This document shows, piece after piece, positions 45,561 to 56,944 of a DNA stretch of 64,000 nucleotides. The stretch is taken from contig MCFH01000002.1 of NCBI GenBank assembly GCA_002104945.1, forward strand, positions 1,612,001-1,676,000. The letters run 5' to 3'. The position numbers were made by a program, and so were the translations under genes. How positions within the stretch are numbered: position 1 is the stretch's first letter; every line of letters starts with the position of its first letter. This DNA is from Piromyces finnis finn. Lineage: Eukaryota; Fungi; Neocallimastigomycota. A model generated the notes under the pieces. It had not been told where the DNA came from, made no database searches, and saw only the letters and a list, made by a program, of their open reading frames with translations.

Positions 45561-47587
45561 AATTTCAAATTATTTTTTTTGATAAATAATATAAATAATG
45601 TTCCACTTTTGTATATAAAAAATTATATTAAAAATTTTGTATATTGAAATATTAATATTATATATTATTCTATATTAAATATTACGATAAAAAATCTTAT
45701 TAATAATATAAAACATGTATAAAGCATTGATGTGAAACTTTAAAAATGTATTGAGTAATAAATTTATTATTTTCCAAATATTTTAGATTAAGAATAAATT
45801 AAATATAAATTAAAAATGGATAATTAAAAAATTTTTAATTCTTGTCAACATTAAATTATCCTTGTTTTTAAAACAAATAGAAAAAGGAAAATATATTATT
45901 CATTAGTCATGTAATTAATTATTAATAATTTTATTTAAATAGAAATATAATTATACTATAAATGTTAATTTTTGATATTAATATTTAAAATACCAAATAA
46001 ATATTTAATAATCAGTTCACTAAAATTTTGTTTTTAATGAATTTTATCATTAATTACAATAAAGAAAATATAATACTAATAATAAACATATATAAATTAA
46101 TTCATCTCATATTTGTTTTTCGAATATATTAGGATAATAACAATAAATGATTATATAATAAAATTTATTGGTAAACTATATTAGGGGATATTCAAAATTT
46201 TAAAGTATTTGATAATAATATTATATTTATTATATTAAATTATTAATAAAAAATCATACCACTATTATTATTATTATACCGTTGGTTATAAATTTTGTCA
46301 TAGATATAATAAATTATTTATTAATTAATGTATTATATTTTGTTTCAGCAAAAATAAAATATAAAATGTTTTATTTAAATTATATTGTTAATTATCCTAA
46401 TTTTCCTGAAGTACTTTATTTTTATAAATTAAAGTTTGTTTCAAAGTGATGTATTATAATAAACTTTAATAATATAATATTATGACAAATTTTCCTTATC
46501 ATTAAGAAACATTTTTATTGGTTATCAAAAAATAAAGAAAACTAACATTAATAATATTTATATATATAAAATTTTTATTTATTTTAATTTAAAAATAAAT
46601 AATATAAGAATTTAACTTATGTAAATATTACTTAAAAGATTTTATACAATAAGAATTTATATTTGAATAGTAATACTTTTTTAAAAATTATTTAGTTTAA
46701 TTTACTCTTTTTATAAAGTGTTTTATTCTTTATTATACATATTAATTTTTAAAATAATATCAAATATAGATTTTTCATATTATGACAATTGTACTTACTA
46801 AATATATTATAATTACTTAGACTTTTAAGTTAATATTTAGAAAATATAATTAAAATCAAATAGTTTTAACATTAAATTAAATATATTAATTATATTTAGA
46901 CTACTTAAAACTTTACGAAGTATTTTCATAAAAACATACTTTAGTATTCATTTTTTATTATTTGATAATTATTACAAATTCGTTTATTTCATCAATTTTA
47001 GTTTCTAATAATTTCATCTTATACAATCAATATGAAGTTTTAAATTTTGAATGGTAATTGAAATCTTTTTATGCAATTTGAATAAGAAACATTAATAATA
47101 TATAATATATATTTTTATTAAAAGTAAATATTTTATTTAATTATTATTTTTTATAAAATATGTAAAAGTCTTTTTTTCTTAATAATAATAATTGTTTTAA
47201 TTATTTTTTAAAAATATAGCATTATATACAATTATGTAATTTTATATTTTAACATTAATAATTTAAAATAAAAGTAATAAAACTTATTTTATGTAATTTA
47301 ATAAATTTATCATTTAATAACAATTAAGGTTTATTAACTTTGTTTTATATCAAAAATATCATAAACATTTATAAATTCCATATATTTTCTTTAAAAAAAA
47401 AATTAATTTATTAATATATGATTTTTTATTAATACATATTTTGTGAAACAACCAAAAAAAGTGATTATTTTTTGGTAAAAAATATCATAAATTTAATTTA
47501 TTATATAAATTTAAGTTATAAAAATTTAATTTATTATAAATCTTTAATTAAATTATATAATATATAAAATATTATAAATTTTAAAAA

Positions 47588-47606
47588 TATATAAAAAGAT
47601 GAATTT
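47588..47606 (+). promoter_or_regulatory. Putative TATA box of GH48 copy 2
   Basis: TATATAAAAAGATGAATTT ~170 bp upstream of the ATG, shared with the otherwise diverged promoter of copy 1. Confidence 0.35.
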
Positions 47607-47765
47607 ATTTTTTTTTTTAAATTATTATTTTTGTTTAATTTGTTATAAGAATAATATTATTTTTGATAAGTAATATTACCTTTAAATTAATACAATCAAG
47701 AAGAGTTAAAAAATATTATTGATTAATATTTTTTTTGAAATTTTATAAAAAATAATTTTTTTAAC

Positions 47766-50072
47766 ATGCCATCTATCAGAACTGCATTAACTTTACTTAG
47801 TGCTTCTGCTGCTGTTATTGCTGCACCAGCCATGAAGAAGCGTGCCAATGATGTTTACGCTCAACGTGCTATTGAACATTACAACATTATGACTGGAAAT
47901 GGTTCATACAATTCTGAATACTTCTCACCAGAAAATGTTCCATACCACTCTGTTGAAACTCTTATGGTTGAAGCTCCAGATCATGGTCACGAATCTGTCT
48001 CTGAAACCTATTCTTTCTGGATTTGGTTAGAAGCTGTTAACGGTAAACTTACCGGTGATTACTCTGGTGTTGAAACTGCCTGGAGTTACTTAGAAAAGCA
48101 CATGATTCCAGACAGCAAGAACCAACCAGGTAACAGTAAGTACAACCCATCATCTCCAGCTACTTACGCTGCTGAACATGATGATATTGATGGTTATCCA
48201 TCTGAACTTATCTTCCAAAACGGTATTGTTGGTGAAGATCCAATTGCTAAGGAACTTTCCCAAGCCTACGGTAACTGGGATATTTACGCTATGCACTGGA
48301 TTATTGATGGTGATAACTGGTATGGTTATGGTCAACAAGGTGATGGTAAGTCTAAGCCATCTTTCATTAACACCTTCCAACGTGGTCCATCTGAATCTAC
48401 TTGGAAGACTGTTCCACACCCATGTTGGGAAGCCATGAAGTGGGGTGGTCGTAACGGTTTCTTAGATCTTTTCACTGTTGATAACAGTTACGCCAAGCAA
48501 TGGAGATACACTGCTGCTCCAGATGCTGATGCTCGTGCTATTCAAGCTGCCTACTTCGCCTGGTTATGGGCTGATGAAGATGGTGTTAACCTTTCATCCG
48601 TTGCTTCCAATGCTGCCAAGCTTGGTGATTACTTACGTTATGCTCAATACGATAAGTACTTCAAGAAGATTGGTAACTGTGTTGGATACCAACAATGTTC
48701 TGCTGGTTCTGGTAAGAACTCTGCTCACTACCTTATTTCCTGGTACTTCGCCTGGGGTGGTGGTTTACAAGGTGACTGGGCTTGGAGAATTGGTTCTTCT
48801 CACACTCACACTGGTTACCAATCACCATTAGCTGCCTGGATTCTTTCTACTCAATCTGCTTTCAAGCCAAAATCTGCTACTGGTGCTAAGGATTGGGCTA
48901 CTTCTATGGAACGTCAATTAGAATTATTCAGATGGTTACAAACTCCAGAAGGTTGTATTGCTGGTGGTGCCACTAACTCATGGCAAGGTTCTTACGCTAA
49001 GCCATCTAGCGAAATCACTACCTTCTACGGTATGTGGTACGATTGGCAACCAGTTTACCACGACCCACCATCCAACAACTGGACTGGTATGCAAGGTTGG
49101 GGTATGGAACGTGTCTGTTCCTTATACTACCTTTCTGGTGATGAAAGAGCTGGTCTTGTTTGTCAAAACTGGGCTAAGTGGGTTAAGGAAACTACTCGTG
49201 TCAGCAATGGTGAAGTTATCCACGCCACTAACTTAGGTTGGGATGGTAATCCAGATGAATGGAAGTCCTCCAACTTCAAAAAGTCCAACCTCAACGCTTC
49301 TCTCCACGGTACTGTTACCTCTGAAGGTTGTGATCTTGGTTCTATTGCCTCTATTGTCAAGGCTTTAATGTGGGTTTCTATGAAGGACGGTGATGACGAA
49401 GGTATTCAACTTGCCGTTGATGTTATGGATGCCATTGAAAACTACAAGGATGATCTTGGTTATGCTATTACTGAAGCTCGTGCTGATTACGACAAGTTCG
49501 GTGGTGAAGTTTACGTTCCATCTGGTTGGACTGGTAAGAATGCTCAAGGTGCTAACATTAAGAGTGGTGTTACCTTCATTGACATTCGTCCAAAGTACAA
49601 GGAAGATCCAGATTGGGCTCAAGTTGAAGACTTCCTTAACGGTGGTAACCCACCAGAATTCACTTACCACAGATTCTGGGGTCAAACTGAAATTATGGTT
49701 GCCAACGGTATTATCTCCATTTACGGTTTAGATTCTTACGGCGGTAAGGGTGGTAACAACAACAACCACAACAACAACAACAACAACAACAGCAGTGGTA
49801 ACAAGACTGGTACTTGCCCAACTTCAATTACTAGACAAGGTTACAAGTGCTGTTCTAAGAACTGCCAAGTTGTTTACACCGATGCTGACGGTGACTGGGG
49901 TGTTGAAAACGGTAACTGGTGTGGTTGCGGTGGTGGTGAAATCTGCCCATCAGCTATTACCAACCAAGGTTACAAGTGCTGTTCCACTTGTGGTACTGTC
50001 TGGTACCAAGATGCCGACGGTGACTGGGGTGTTGAAAATGGTGACTGGTGTGGTATGCCACTTGATTGTTAA
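47766..50072 (+). CDS. cel48A: Cellulosomal GH48 cellobiohydrolase with two fungal dockerins, intronless; copy 2 (identical protein to copy 1)
   Basis: Same 768-aa translation as 43106..45412; all eight shadow-frame ORFs listed over the two copies are also identical. Confidence 0.96.
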   Translation: MPSIRTALTLLSASAAVIAAPAMKKRANDVYAQRAIEHYNIMTGNGSYNSEYFSPENVPYHSVETLMVEAPDHGHESVSETYSFWIWLEAVNGKLTGDYSGVETAWSYLEKHMIPDSKNQPGNSKYNPSSPATYAAEHDDIDGYPSELIFQNGIVGEDPIAKELSQAYGNWDIYAMHWIIDGDNWYGYGQQGDGKSKPSFINTFQRGPSESTWKTVPHPCWEAMKWGGRNGFLDLFTVDNSYAKQWRYTAAPDADARAIQAAYFAWLWADEDGVNLSSVASNAAKLGDYLRYAQYDKYFKKIGNCVGYQQCSAGSGKNSAHYLISWYFAWGGGLQGDWAWRIGSSHTHTGYQSPLAAWILSTQSAFKPKSATGAKDWATSMERQLELFRWLQTPEGCIAGGATNSWQGSYAKPSSEITTFYGMWYDWQPVYHDPPSNNWTGMQGWGMERVCSLYYLSGDERAGLVCQNWAKWVKETTRVSNGEVIHATNLGWDGNPDEWKSSNFKKSNLNASLHGTVTSEGCDLGSIASIVKALMWVSMKDGDDEGIQLAVDVMDAIENYKDDLGYAITEARADYDKFGGEVYVPSGWTGKNAQGANIKSGVTFIDIRPKYKEDPDWAQVEDFLNGGNPPEFTYHRFWGQTEIMVANGIISIYGLDSYGGKGGNNNNHNNNNNNNSSGNKTGTCPTSITRQGYKCCSKNCQVVYTDADGDWGVENGNWCGCGGGEICPSAITNQGYKCCSTCGTVWYQDADGDWGVENGDWCGMPLDC

Positions 50073-50636
50073 ATTTAAATAATTAGCAATATAAAGTGTT
50101 GTCATTTTTTACTTAAAATTTTAAAATAAAAATAAAGTAAAAAAAAATAACAAAATAATAGTGAAGAAAATAAAAATAAAATACTTTATAAAATGTAATT
50201 TATATTTTTTAATGTATATAAAATAAATCAAAAAAAAAATAAAGAAATAAAAATATAAAACAATAAAGTAAAATAAATAAGAAAAAATATATATGTATAA
50301 TAGAAAGTATGAAAAAAATTAACTAAATATAGGATAATAGGTTATATGATTAATCATATTCATTATATATATATATATGAAGTAATATAAATTTTTTTTT
50401 AATATTAATATAAATAGTACTAAAATATACTAAAATATAATATAAACATAAACTGTTATTAGTATGAGAAGTAATACTAAAAATTGTCGATGAATAAATT
50501 TAAAAGTCGTTGATAAATTAAAAAAAATTTTTTTTTTTATTAGTAGGAATATGGAATAAGGAAAATATGGAATAGGGAATATGGCACAATTAATTTTGAT
50601 AATAATTTCATCTCCTAATAAACCTTGACCTTGACT

Positions 50637-53600
50637 ATGTTAAAGAAGAAACTTTCAGTTACCTCAATTTCCTTTTCAGCTCGTAGTAGAAGGAATCACA
50701 AATACACTTTTTCCACACTCAAACGTAAAATTTTAGTTTCTAATAAACATCAACATTCTATTCAACAATCATTTCAACAATCAGTTCAACAATCTCATCA
50801 ACAATCCGATCTTCAACAAGATCTTCAACATGATCTTCAACAAGTTTCCAATCATGAAAATATTCCAGATCTACAGCAAACACAATTTCAATCTCAACAT
50901 TCAACAATTAATTCTAATAGTTCTATCAACTCTGATAACAGTTCAATAGTTGATAGTTCTTCAGTTTCACAGCCATCTAGTAATAGTTCTAATTATTCCT
51001 CTGATGCATCATCCATTAATAATGATGACTTTAATAATAATAATAATAGCAACGATTCTTCCTCATCCAACAAGCCTGATAACTTTTCTTTTTGTCTTAG
51101 TTTGAACACCAATGGGTGGAATCACGAAAAGAGAGATAGTATTAGCTATTTCACAGCTATTTTCAAACCATTATTTTTATGTTTCCAAGAAACTGGTAAT
51201 GGTTCTGGATCGAATACAGATTATCCTTGTCGTGTTACTTTGCGAAACTATAGACACTTTTTCAAGAAAGCTGATGAATCAGTTCCGGGAATGAGAGGTT
51301 TATATTTAGGTTTTCACAATTTGTGTCAAGCCTCACTTGAAAACTTCTCTGGAAAGTATATTATTTCTATTTATACTTTTAGTCTCTGGAATAGATTCCA
51401 ATGCTCGATTGGAAATGTTTATATGCCTCATAGTCATCACAACATCTATGTTGATCATGCAAAGTTAGAAGTTCGCTTGTGGTTACAAACTCATTCATCC
51501 CATCCATCGATTCTTGTTGGTGATTTTAATATGTCTAAAGTAAAATTATCCAACTGGTTATCAACTAATGGATTAGGAGATTGGGAAATTCTTCCGCTTA
51601 GAGGGTCGACTATCTCTTGGACTCGAGGTGATCAATCTTCCGACATTGACCATGCTCTTATCAATTCGAAGATGAAAGATCTTATTCACTCAGGATCATT
51701 TATAAATAATTTTTATCCTGTATCAGACCATAAACCACTTCTTATTAATGATAAAATTATTCCTATGGAAGATTTTTCTAATGACTTTGATGTTCCTAAG
51801 AAAATTCTGAAATGGAAATGATTAAAATGTATTGAGGAAAAGGAATCTATTCTCAGTCATAATAAATTCCAAATACTTTCAGCAAAATTCAATGATCCTA
51901 ATGTTTCTACAGATGAACTTTCCAAAGAGTTTACTTCAACTGCTTTTTCAATTGCAGACGAGCTCAGTATTACCTCAGCAAATAATGTTATAAAGTCTTC
52001 ATTTCATATTTCACAACAAATTTTTAATCTTCAAAAAATCAAAATGAAGTTGTATAAGAGATTTAAAAAAGAAAGAATTTATGATATAGATGAATTTATT
52101 AAACGAATTAAAATCTACCGTAAGCTCATTGATTACATCCACAAAAGATGTAATGAATTTAGGAAGCAAGAATATCTTCATTGGATTAAAACAGGATGTG
52201 AGTATATGAAGAGTCATAATCCTAAGAAGGCCTGGAAATGGATCAAGAAAACTGCAAAAATTGGAAAAGATTCTTTCTTTATTGCTCAACCAATTAAAAA
52301 TAAAAATGGAGAATTAGTTGTTGCTACGGAAGAACAACTAGAAGTGTGGCATGATCATTTCGAAAACCTTGCATCAGATCCAAGTGGTGTAAGTCTTGAT
52401 TTGGAGCATTGGTATGAAGAACCAACGAATAAACGTTTTTCACTTCCTATGCTTGATGAATGGGATATCAACCAAGATATTAGTATTGATGAAGTCAAGT
52501 CAGCTATCCTCTCTACTCCAAATTATAAAGCATCAGGTCCGGATGGTATTCCAATTGAATTTTACAAAGCATTAATTCCATCAAGTAATGATTCTAATAA
52601 TGCTACAGATAATAATTCTTCTGGTAATACCACTTCAGATAATGATGCTCATGGTTTAAATTTTATTCTTAAATTATTCAACCGTATTTGGGATGGAGAC
52701 TTCCCCAACTCATGGAATGAATCCAGTATTGTTTCTATTCCTAAGAAGGGAGATTTGACAGATTGTGATAACTATCGAGGTATATCACTTATCAATAATG
52801 GTATTGAGTTGATTTCCAAAATTGTCACCACTAGAATCTCAGAATATGGTTTAAAGAATAATTTCATTAGACCTGAACAATTTGGTTTTCGAAAAAAGGA
52901 AGAAAGTATCAGTCTTTTCATTTCAATCCAAGAAATATGCCGTAGACGTCAATTAGATAATAAAGAGACATATTTGGCCTTTTTAGATCTCAGGAAAGCA
53001 TACGATTCAGTCCCAATCGGTAATATTCTCCATAAATTAGATTGTTTAGGAATCCGAGGTAAGAGTTTACAATTCATCAAAAATTTATATTTAACATCTA
53101 AGGCTAATGTCAAATTAGATGGACAATTCTCGAAATCTTTTGATGTGAAGAAAGGAGTCCGTCAAGGTTGCCCTCTTTCTCCTATTCTCTTTAATCTCTT
53201 TATTAATGATATATTTAAAGAGTGCGAAGATCTAGGAGTCAGTTTAGGTGACACTCGATGCTGTGGTGGACTTTTTGCAGATGATATAGTTATTTGTGCT
53301 CCAACAAGAGGATGCTTAAAAAAGATGCTTAGAAGAGTTAATGAATGGGCATTGTATAATGAAATGGAATTTGGTATCCAGAAATGTTCAACGATGGTGA
53401 TTCGTCCTGAATCAATAGAAAATCAGAACAAGAGAGATCCAACATTTTACTTAGCAGGACAACCCATTCCAACTACTGATTGTTATACTTATCTTGGTGT
53501 TCCATTTGATAAGAATCTGTCCCTTAAACCAGTAATTAAAGCTCTTAATAACAAGGTTTTGAAAGGACTTTTTTCAGTCAGTAAATTCCTAAGAAATCCT

Positions 53601-54914
53601 AATATTCCTATTCCTTTCAAAAAACTAGTACTTAACTCACAAGTAATCAGCAGAGTTTCATACTTTGCACCATTACTTGGATCCAACAAAGCTAGGTCTA
53701 GGATTGCTCAGAAGCATGTTAACAAAGGATTACGATGGGTTGCCGGAGTTCATAAAGCTGTATCGTTTATATCTTTATACTCTATCTCAAAAGATTTGAA
53801 TATTCCTCCATTGTCAGCCAAATGTGCTTTAGCTCAGGTTAGATGTTTTAACAAATGGAAAAACTCGAATTGTATTATCTCACACCTTGTCAATTACATT
53901 CCTAAATTTAGAAAATACACGTGGTGCAAATCAAGTAGGACACTTGATAAAAAACTAAAGAAACATGGAGATGTTAAAGCAGTTAAAAACTTTTATTGGA
54001 AAGATCTCAAAGGGAATTCAATCAAAGCGCAATATTATGATGATAATAAATTTATTGAAACTAAAGATTTTATTAAATTATGTTATGAGTACCCAGAGTT
54101 TGCCTATGGCTTCTACTGGCTATTGAAAGCAAGAAGCGGATACAAGTTGGATGCTAGAGTTGCCAAAGCTGCTAAATTTGTTGATCCAGTTTGTCCTAAC
54201 TACTGTCCATGTTGCAAGTGTGGAGATCAAAGTATTAAACATTGGTTATTAGATTGTCCAACATTTAGAGATATCCGTATTAAACATTATGATTCTATAG
54301 TCCATCTATTAAATTTTTTCAGTCAACGTAATTCCAATAGTCTTATCAATAATAATGAAATTGATAATGTCAGCAGAGATAGCAATAACAGTAATAGTAA
54401 TAGTAACAATAGTAATAATAACAATAGTAATAATAACAATAGTAGTAATAGTAATAATAGAAATAGTAATAATAACAATAGTAGTAATAGAAATAATAAT
54501 ATTAGTAATGATAGCTATAGTGAAGATAATAATTCTAATTTAGATAGTAATTTAGTTAATGATAGTAATAGTTCTAATAATCCTGTGAATATTAATGTGT
54601 ATGATTATTCTAGTGTGTGCAGTAAAATATTTAAATTCCTTCTTGGGGGAAGAAGTTTTAACAATATTAATTACAATTCAAGGGAATGGAAAGAACTTTG
54701 TAAGCGTCAGATTCAATCTGGTACTAATGAAGGAACACCATTCTTGACGGTAACCGCGGAACTTCTAACCAAAAGCATGCCTTTTGCTATTGGCCAGCAA
54801 TGGTCAATGTTCAAAAGGTTTGAAGCAACATCCAAGAGCGTCAATGCTGAAGAAACAGTAAGACAGGCCAGGAGGGCCAGCGCAACCAATGGAGATCATA
54901 ATTTTGTCCCATGA
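50637..54914 (+). pseudogene. LINE APE-RT-zinc knuckle polyprotein, one frame broken by a single in-frame TGA (51819-51821)
   Basis: APE motifs LNTNG, CFQET, GNVYMP, ILVGDFN, SDIDHAL, SDHKPL. RT motifs KASGPDGIP, YRGISL, QFGFR, FLDLRKAYDSV, GVRQGCPLSPILFN, LFADD, YTYLG. C-terminal CPCC...HWLLDC. ORFs 50625..51821 and 52044..54914 share a frame and the sequence between them is open. Confidence 0.88.
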
Positions 54915-55150
54915 TAAAATTTTGATCTTTGGCTCGGTGTCCCATTGGAAGTCAAATACAATTATTATACTTTAGTATAATAGTGGCTTTCTTACTTTAA
55001 TTAAAATTACTAGAATACATTATACCCTATTTTTATTCATTTGTGTTTATTTAAACATATTTTTTTTTATTTTTATTTTATTTTAATTTTTATATTACAT
55101 GTATTATAATTTTAATTAAATTAATAATAAAGTTTAAAATATTTGATGCA

Positions 55151-55187
<37 letters not shown>
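50637..55187 (+). mobile_element. Non-LTR retrotransposon (LINE, APE-endonuclease type), ~4.55 kb, with poly(A) tail and 12-bp TSD
   Basis: TSD TTGACCTTGACT at 50625-50636 and 55188-55199; A34 tail at 55154-55187. The empty site is preserved in the left palindrome arm. Confidence 0.95.
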
Positions 55188-55191
<4 letters not shown>

Positions 55192-55380
55192 CCTTGACTT
55201 TCAATCCCATTGAATGTTAAATATAATCTAGAAATAATAATAATCTTTTTGCTATTACTTAAAATTACTAGAACATATTAATTACCTATTTTTTTTGTTA
55301 TTATTATTGTTGTTATTGTTGTTATTAATTAAATATCAATAATTATATAACTGTAGTTAATAAACTCATGATTGGTACAA

Positions 55381-55793
55381 TGATACGGGTTAATTTTATG
55401 TAGAAAGAATTTGACTTTAAATAATATATTAACTTTATTTATTACATTCCAATATTTCTGTCTAAATACTAAAATGTTAATTCTATCATTAACTATTAAA
55501 CTTTTTCTAAAAACAAGAAGCCTCCTTAATAATAATTATTCCCTAGTCTAGTCTATTTATATAAATGAGGCTGACTTAATAACTAATTGTCCAATGATAA
55601 GGCTAGAATTATATGGATTATTATACATTAACAATTATTATTTTACATTATATGTTCTTACATTAGTCATACATTTATATTACATTCTTATCCATAATAG
55701 AATATTAATATTATAATAAAACTATTTAAATTTAACATTAGAAAAATTTACTAATATAATAATATGTTCAAGTCACATAGTATTTTTATATCA
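55381..55793. mobile_element. Solo LTR (413 bp), copy 1
   Basis: Begins TGATA and ends TATCA (TG...CA, 5-bp inverted termini); flanked by the 4-bp direct repeat ACAA (55377-80 and 55794-97); homologous to 56525-56944. Confidence 0.78.
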
Positions 55794-55893
55794 ACAATCA
55801 AACATTTAATTTTGATTTATTTTAAATAGGACATTATATTCTATTTATACTTTAATAATTATATTCTATTTTATTATATTAACAATTATGATT

Positions 55894-56363
55894 TAATCCA
55901 GTGAATATTAATGTGTATAATTATTCTAGTGTGTGCAATAAAATGTTTAAATTCCTTCTTAAGAAATTTTAATAATATCAATTGCAATTCAAGGAAATGG
56001 AAAAAAACTTTTCAAGTGTCAAATTCAATCTGGCGCTTACGAAGGAACACCATTCTTGACAATAACAGCGAAACTTCTAACCAAAATCATGTCTTTTGTT
56101 ATTACCATAACAAAATTTTAATCTTTAACTCAGTGTCCCATTGGAAGTCAAATACAATTATTATACTTTAGTATAATGATAACTTTCTTTAATTAAAATT
56201 ACTAGAATACATTATACCCAATTTTTATTCATTTATGATTATTTAAACATATTTTTTTTTTTTTAATTTTCATTTTTTTATTATCATTTTTCTATAAAAT
56301 GTATTATAAATTTTAATTAAATTAGTAATAAAGTTTAAAATATTCGATACTGTTAAAAAAAAA
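55894..56363 (+). mobile_element. 5'-truncated, internally deleted, decayed copy of the same LINE (3' end with short poly(A))
   Basis: Aligns to ~54578-55160 of the intact element with many G>A and C>T changes and a ~118-bp deletion; ends in A9; possible degenerate TSD TTATGATT / TTATGGTT. Confidence 0.85.
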
Positions 56364-56524
56364 TTATGGTTTTATATTAATAAAATTAATATTAGTATTA
56401 GTATTAAAAGTTTTAATCTGAGACCTTAACCTATAATTTTTTTAAATTTTTTATTTAATTAATCATTAATAATATAAAATAAGGTTAAAAATTATAAGAA
56501 ATAAAAATTATATGACTAAATGTC

Positions 56525-56944
56525 TGATACGGGTTAATTTTATGTAGAAAGAATTAAACTTTAAATAATATATATTTTATTAATAACTTTATTTATAACG
56601 TTCCAATATTTCTATTCTGTCTAAATACTAAAACGTTCTGTCGTTGTCAAATATTAAAAATTCTAACTAAAACAAGAAGCCCTTTTTAATAATATTTATT
56701 CTAGTCTATTTATACTAATGAGGCTTACTTAATAATTAATTGTCCAATTATAAGGCTGGAACTATATGGATCATTCATTTACATTATTCTTTTACATTAC
56801 ATGATATTACATTTGTCATACATTTACATTATATTCTTATACATTGTAGGAACAATTAATATTATAATAAAACTATATAAATTTAATATTAGGAAAAATT
56901 ACTAATATAATAATATGTTCAAGTCACATATTATTTTTATATCA
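56525..56944. mobile_element. Solo LTR (420 bp), copy 2
   Basis: TGATA...TATCA termini, flanked by the 4-bp direct repeat TGTC (56521-24 and 56945-48); same family as 55381-55793. Confidence 0.78.

Larger units (their letters stand above)
47747..55329 (+). repeat. Right arm of the GH48 inverted repeat, interrupted by a LINE insertion
   Basis: Matches the left arm from 19 bp upstream of the ATG to 50636, resumes at 55200 after the LINE and its TSD, and ends at about 55329. Confidence 0.9.

Noticed and set aside
43096-50082. Overlapping alternative-frame ORFs within the GH48 genes
   Set aside because: By-products of biased codon usage; used only as evidence of nucleotide identity between the copies.
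42412-50636. GH48 inverted duplication as a fold-back assembly artefact
   Set aside because: The spacer is unique, the promoters differ, and one arm carries a LINE with a clean TSD with homology resuming beyond it. Spanning reads are still desirable.
55381-56944. The two LTRs as ends of one internally deleted LTR retrotransposon
   Set aside because: Each has its own distinct 4-bp TSD, and the DNA between them is a LINE remnant and AT-rich filler, not gag-pol.
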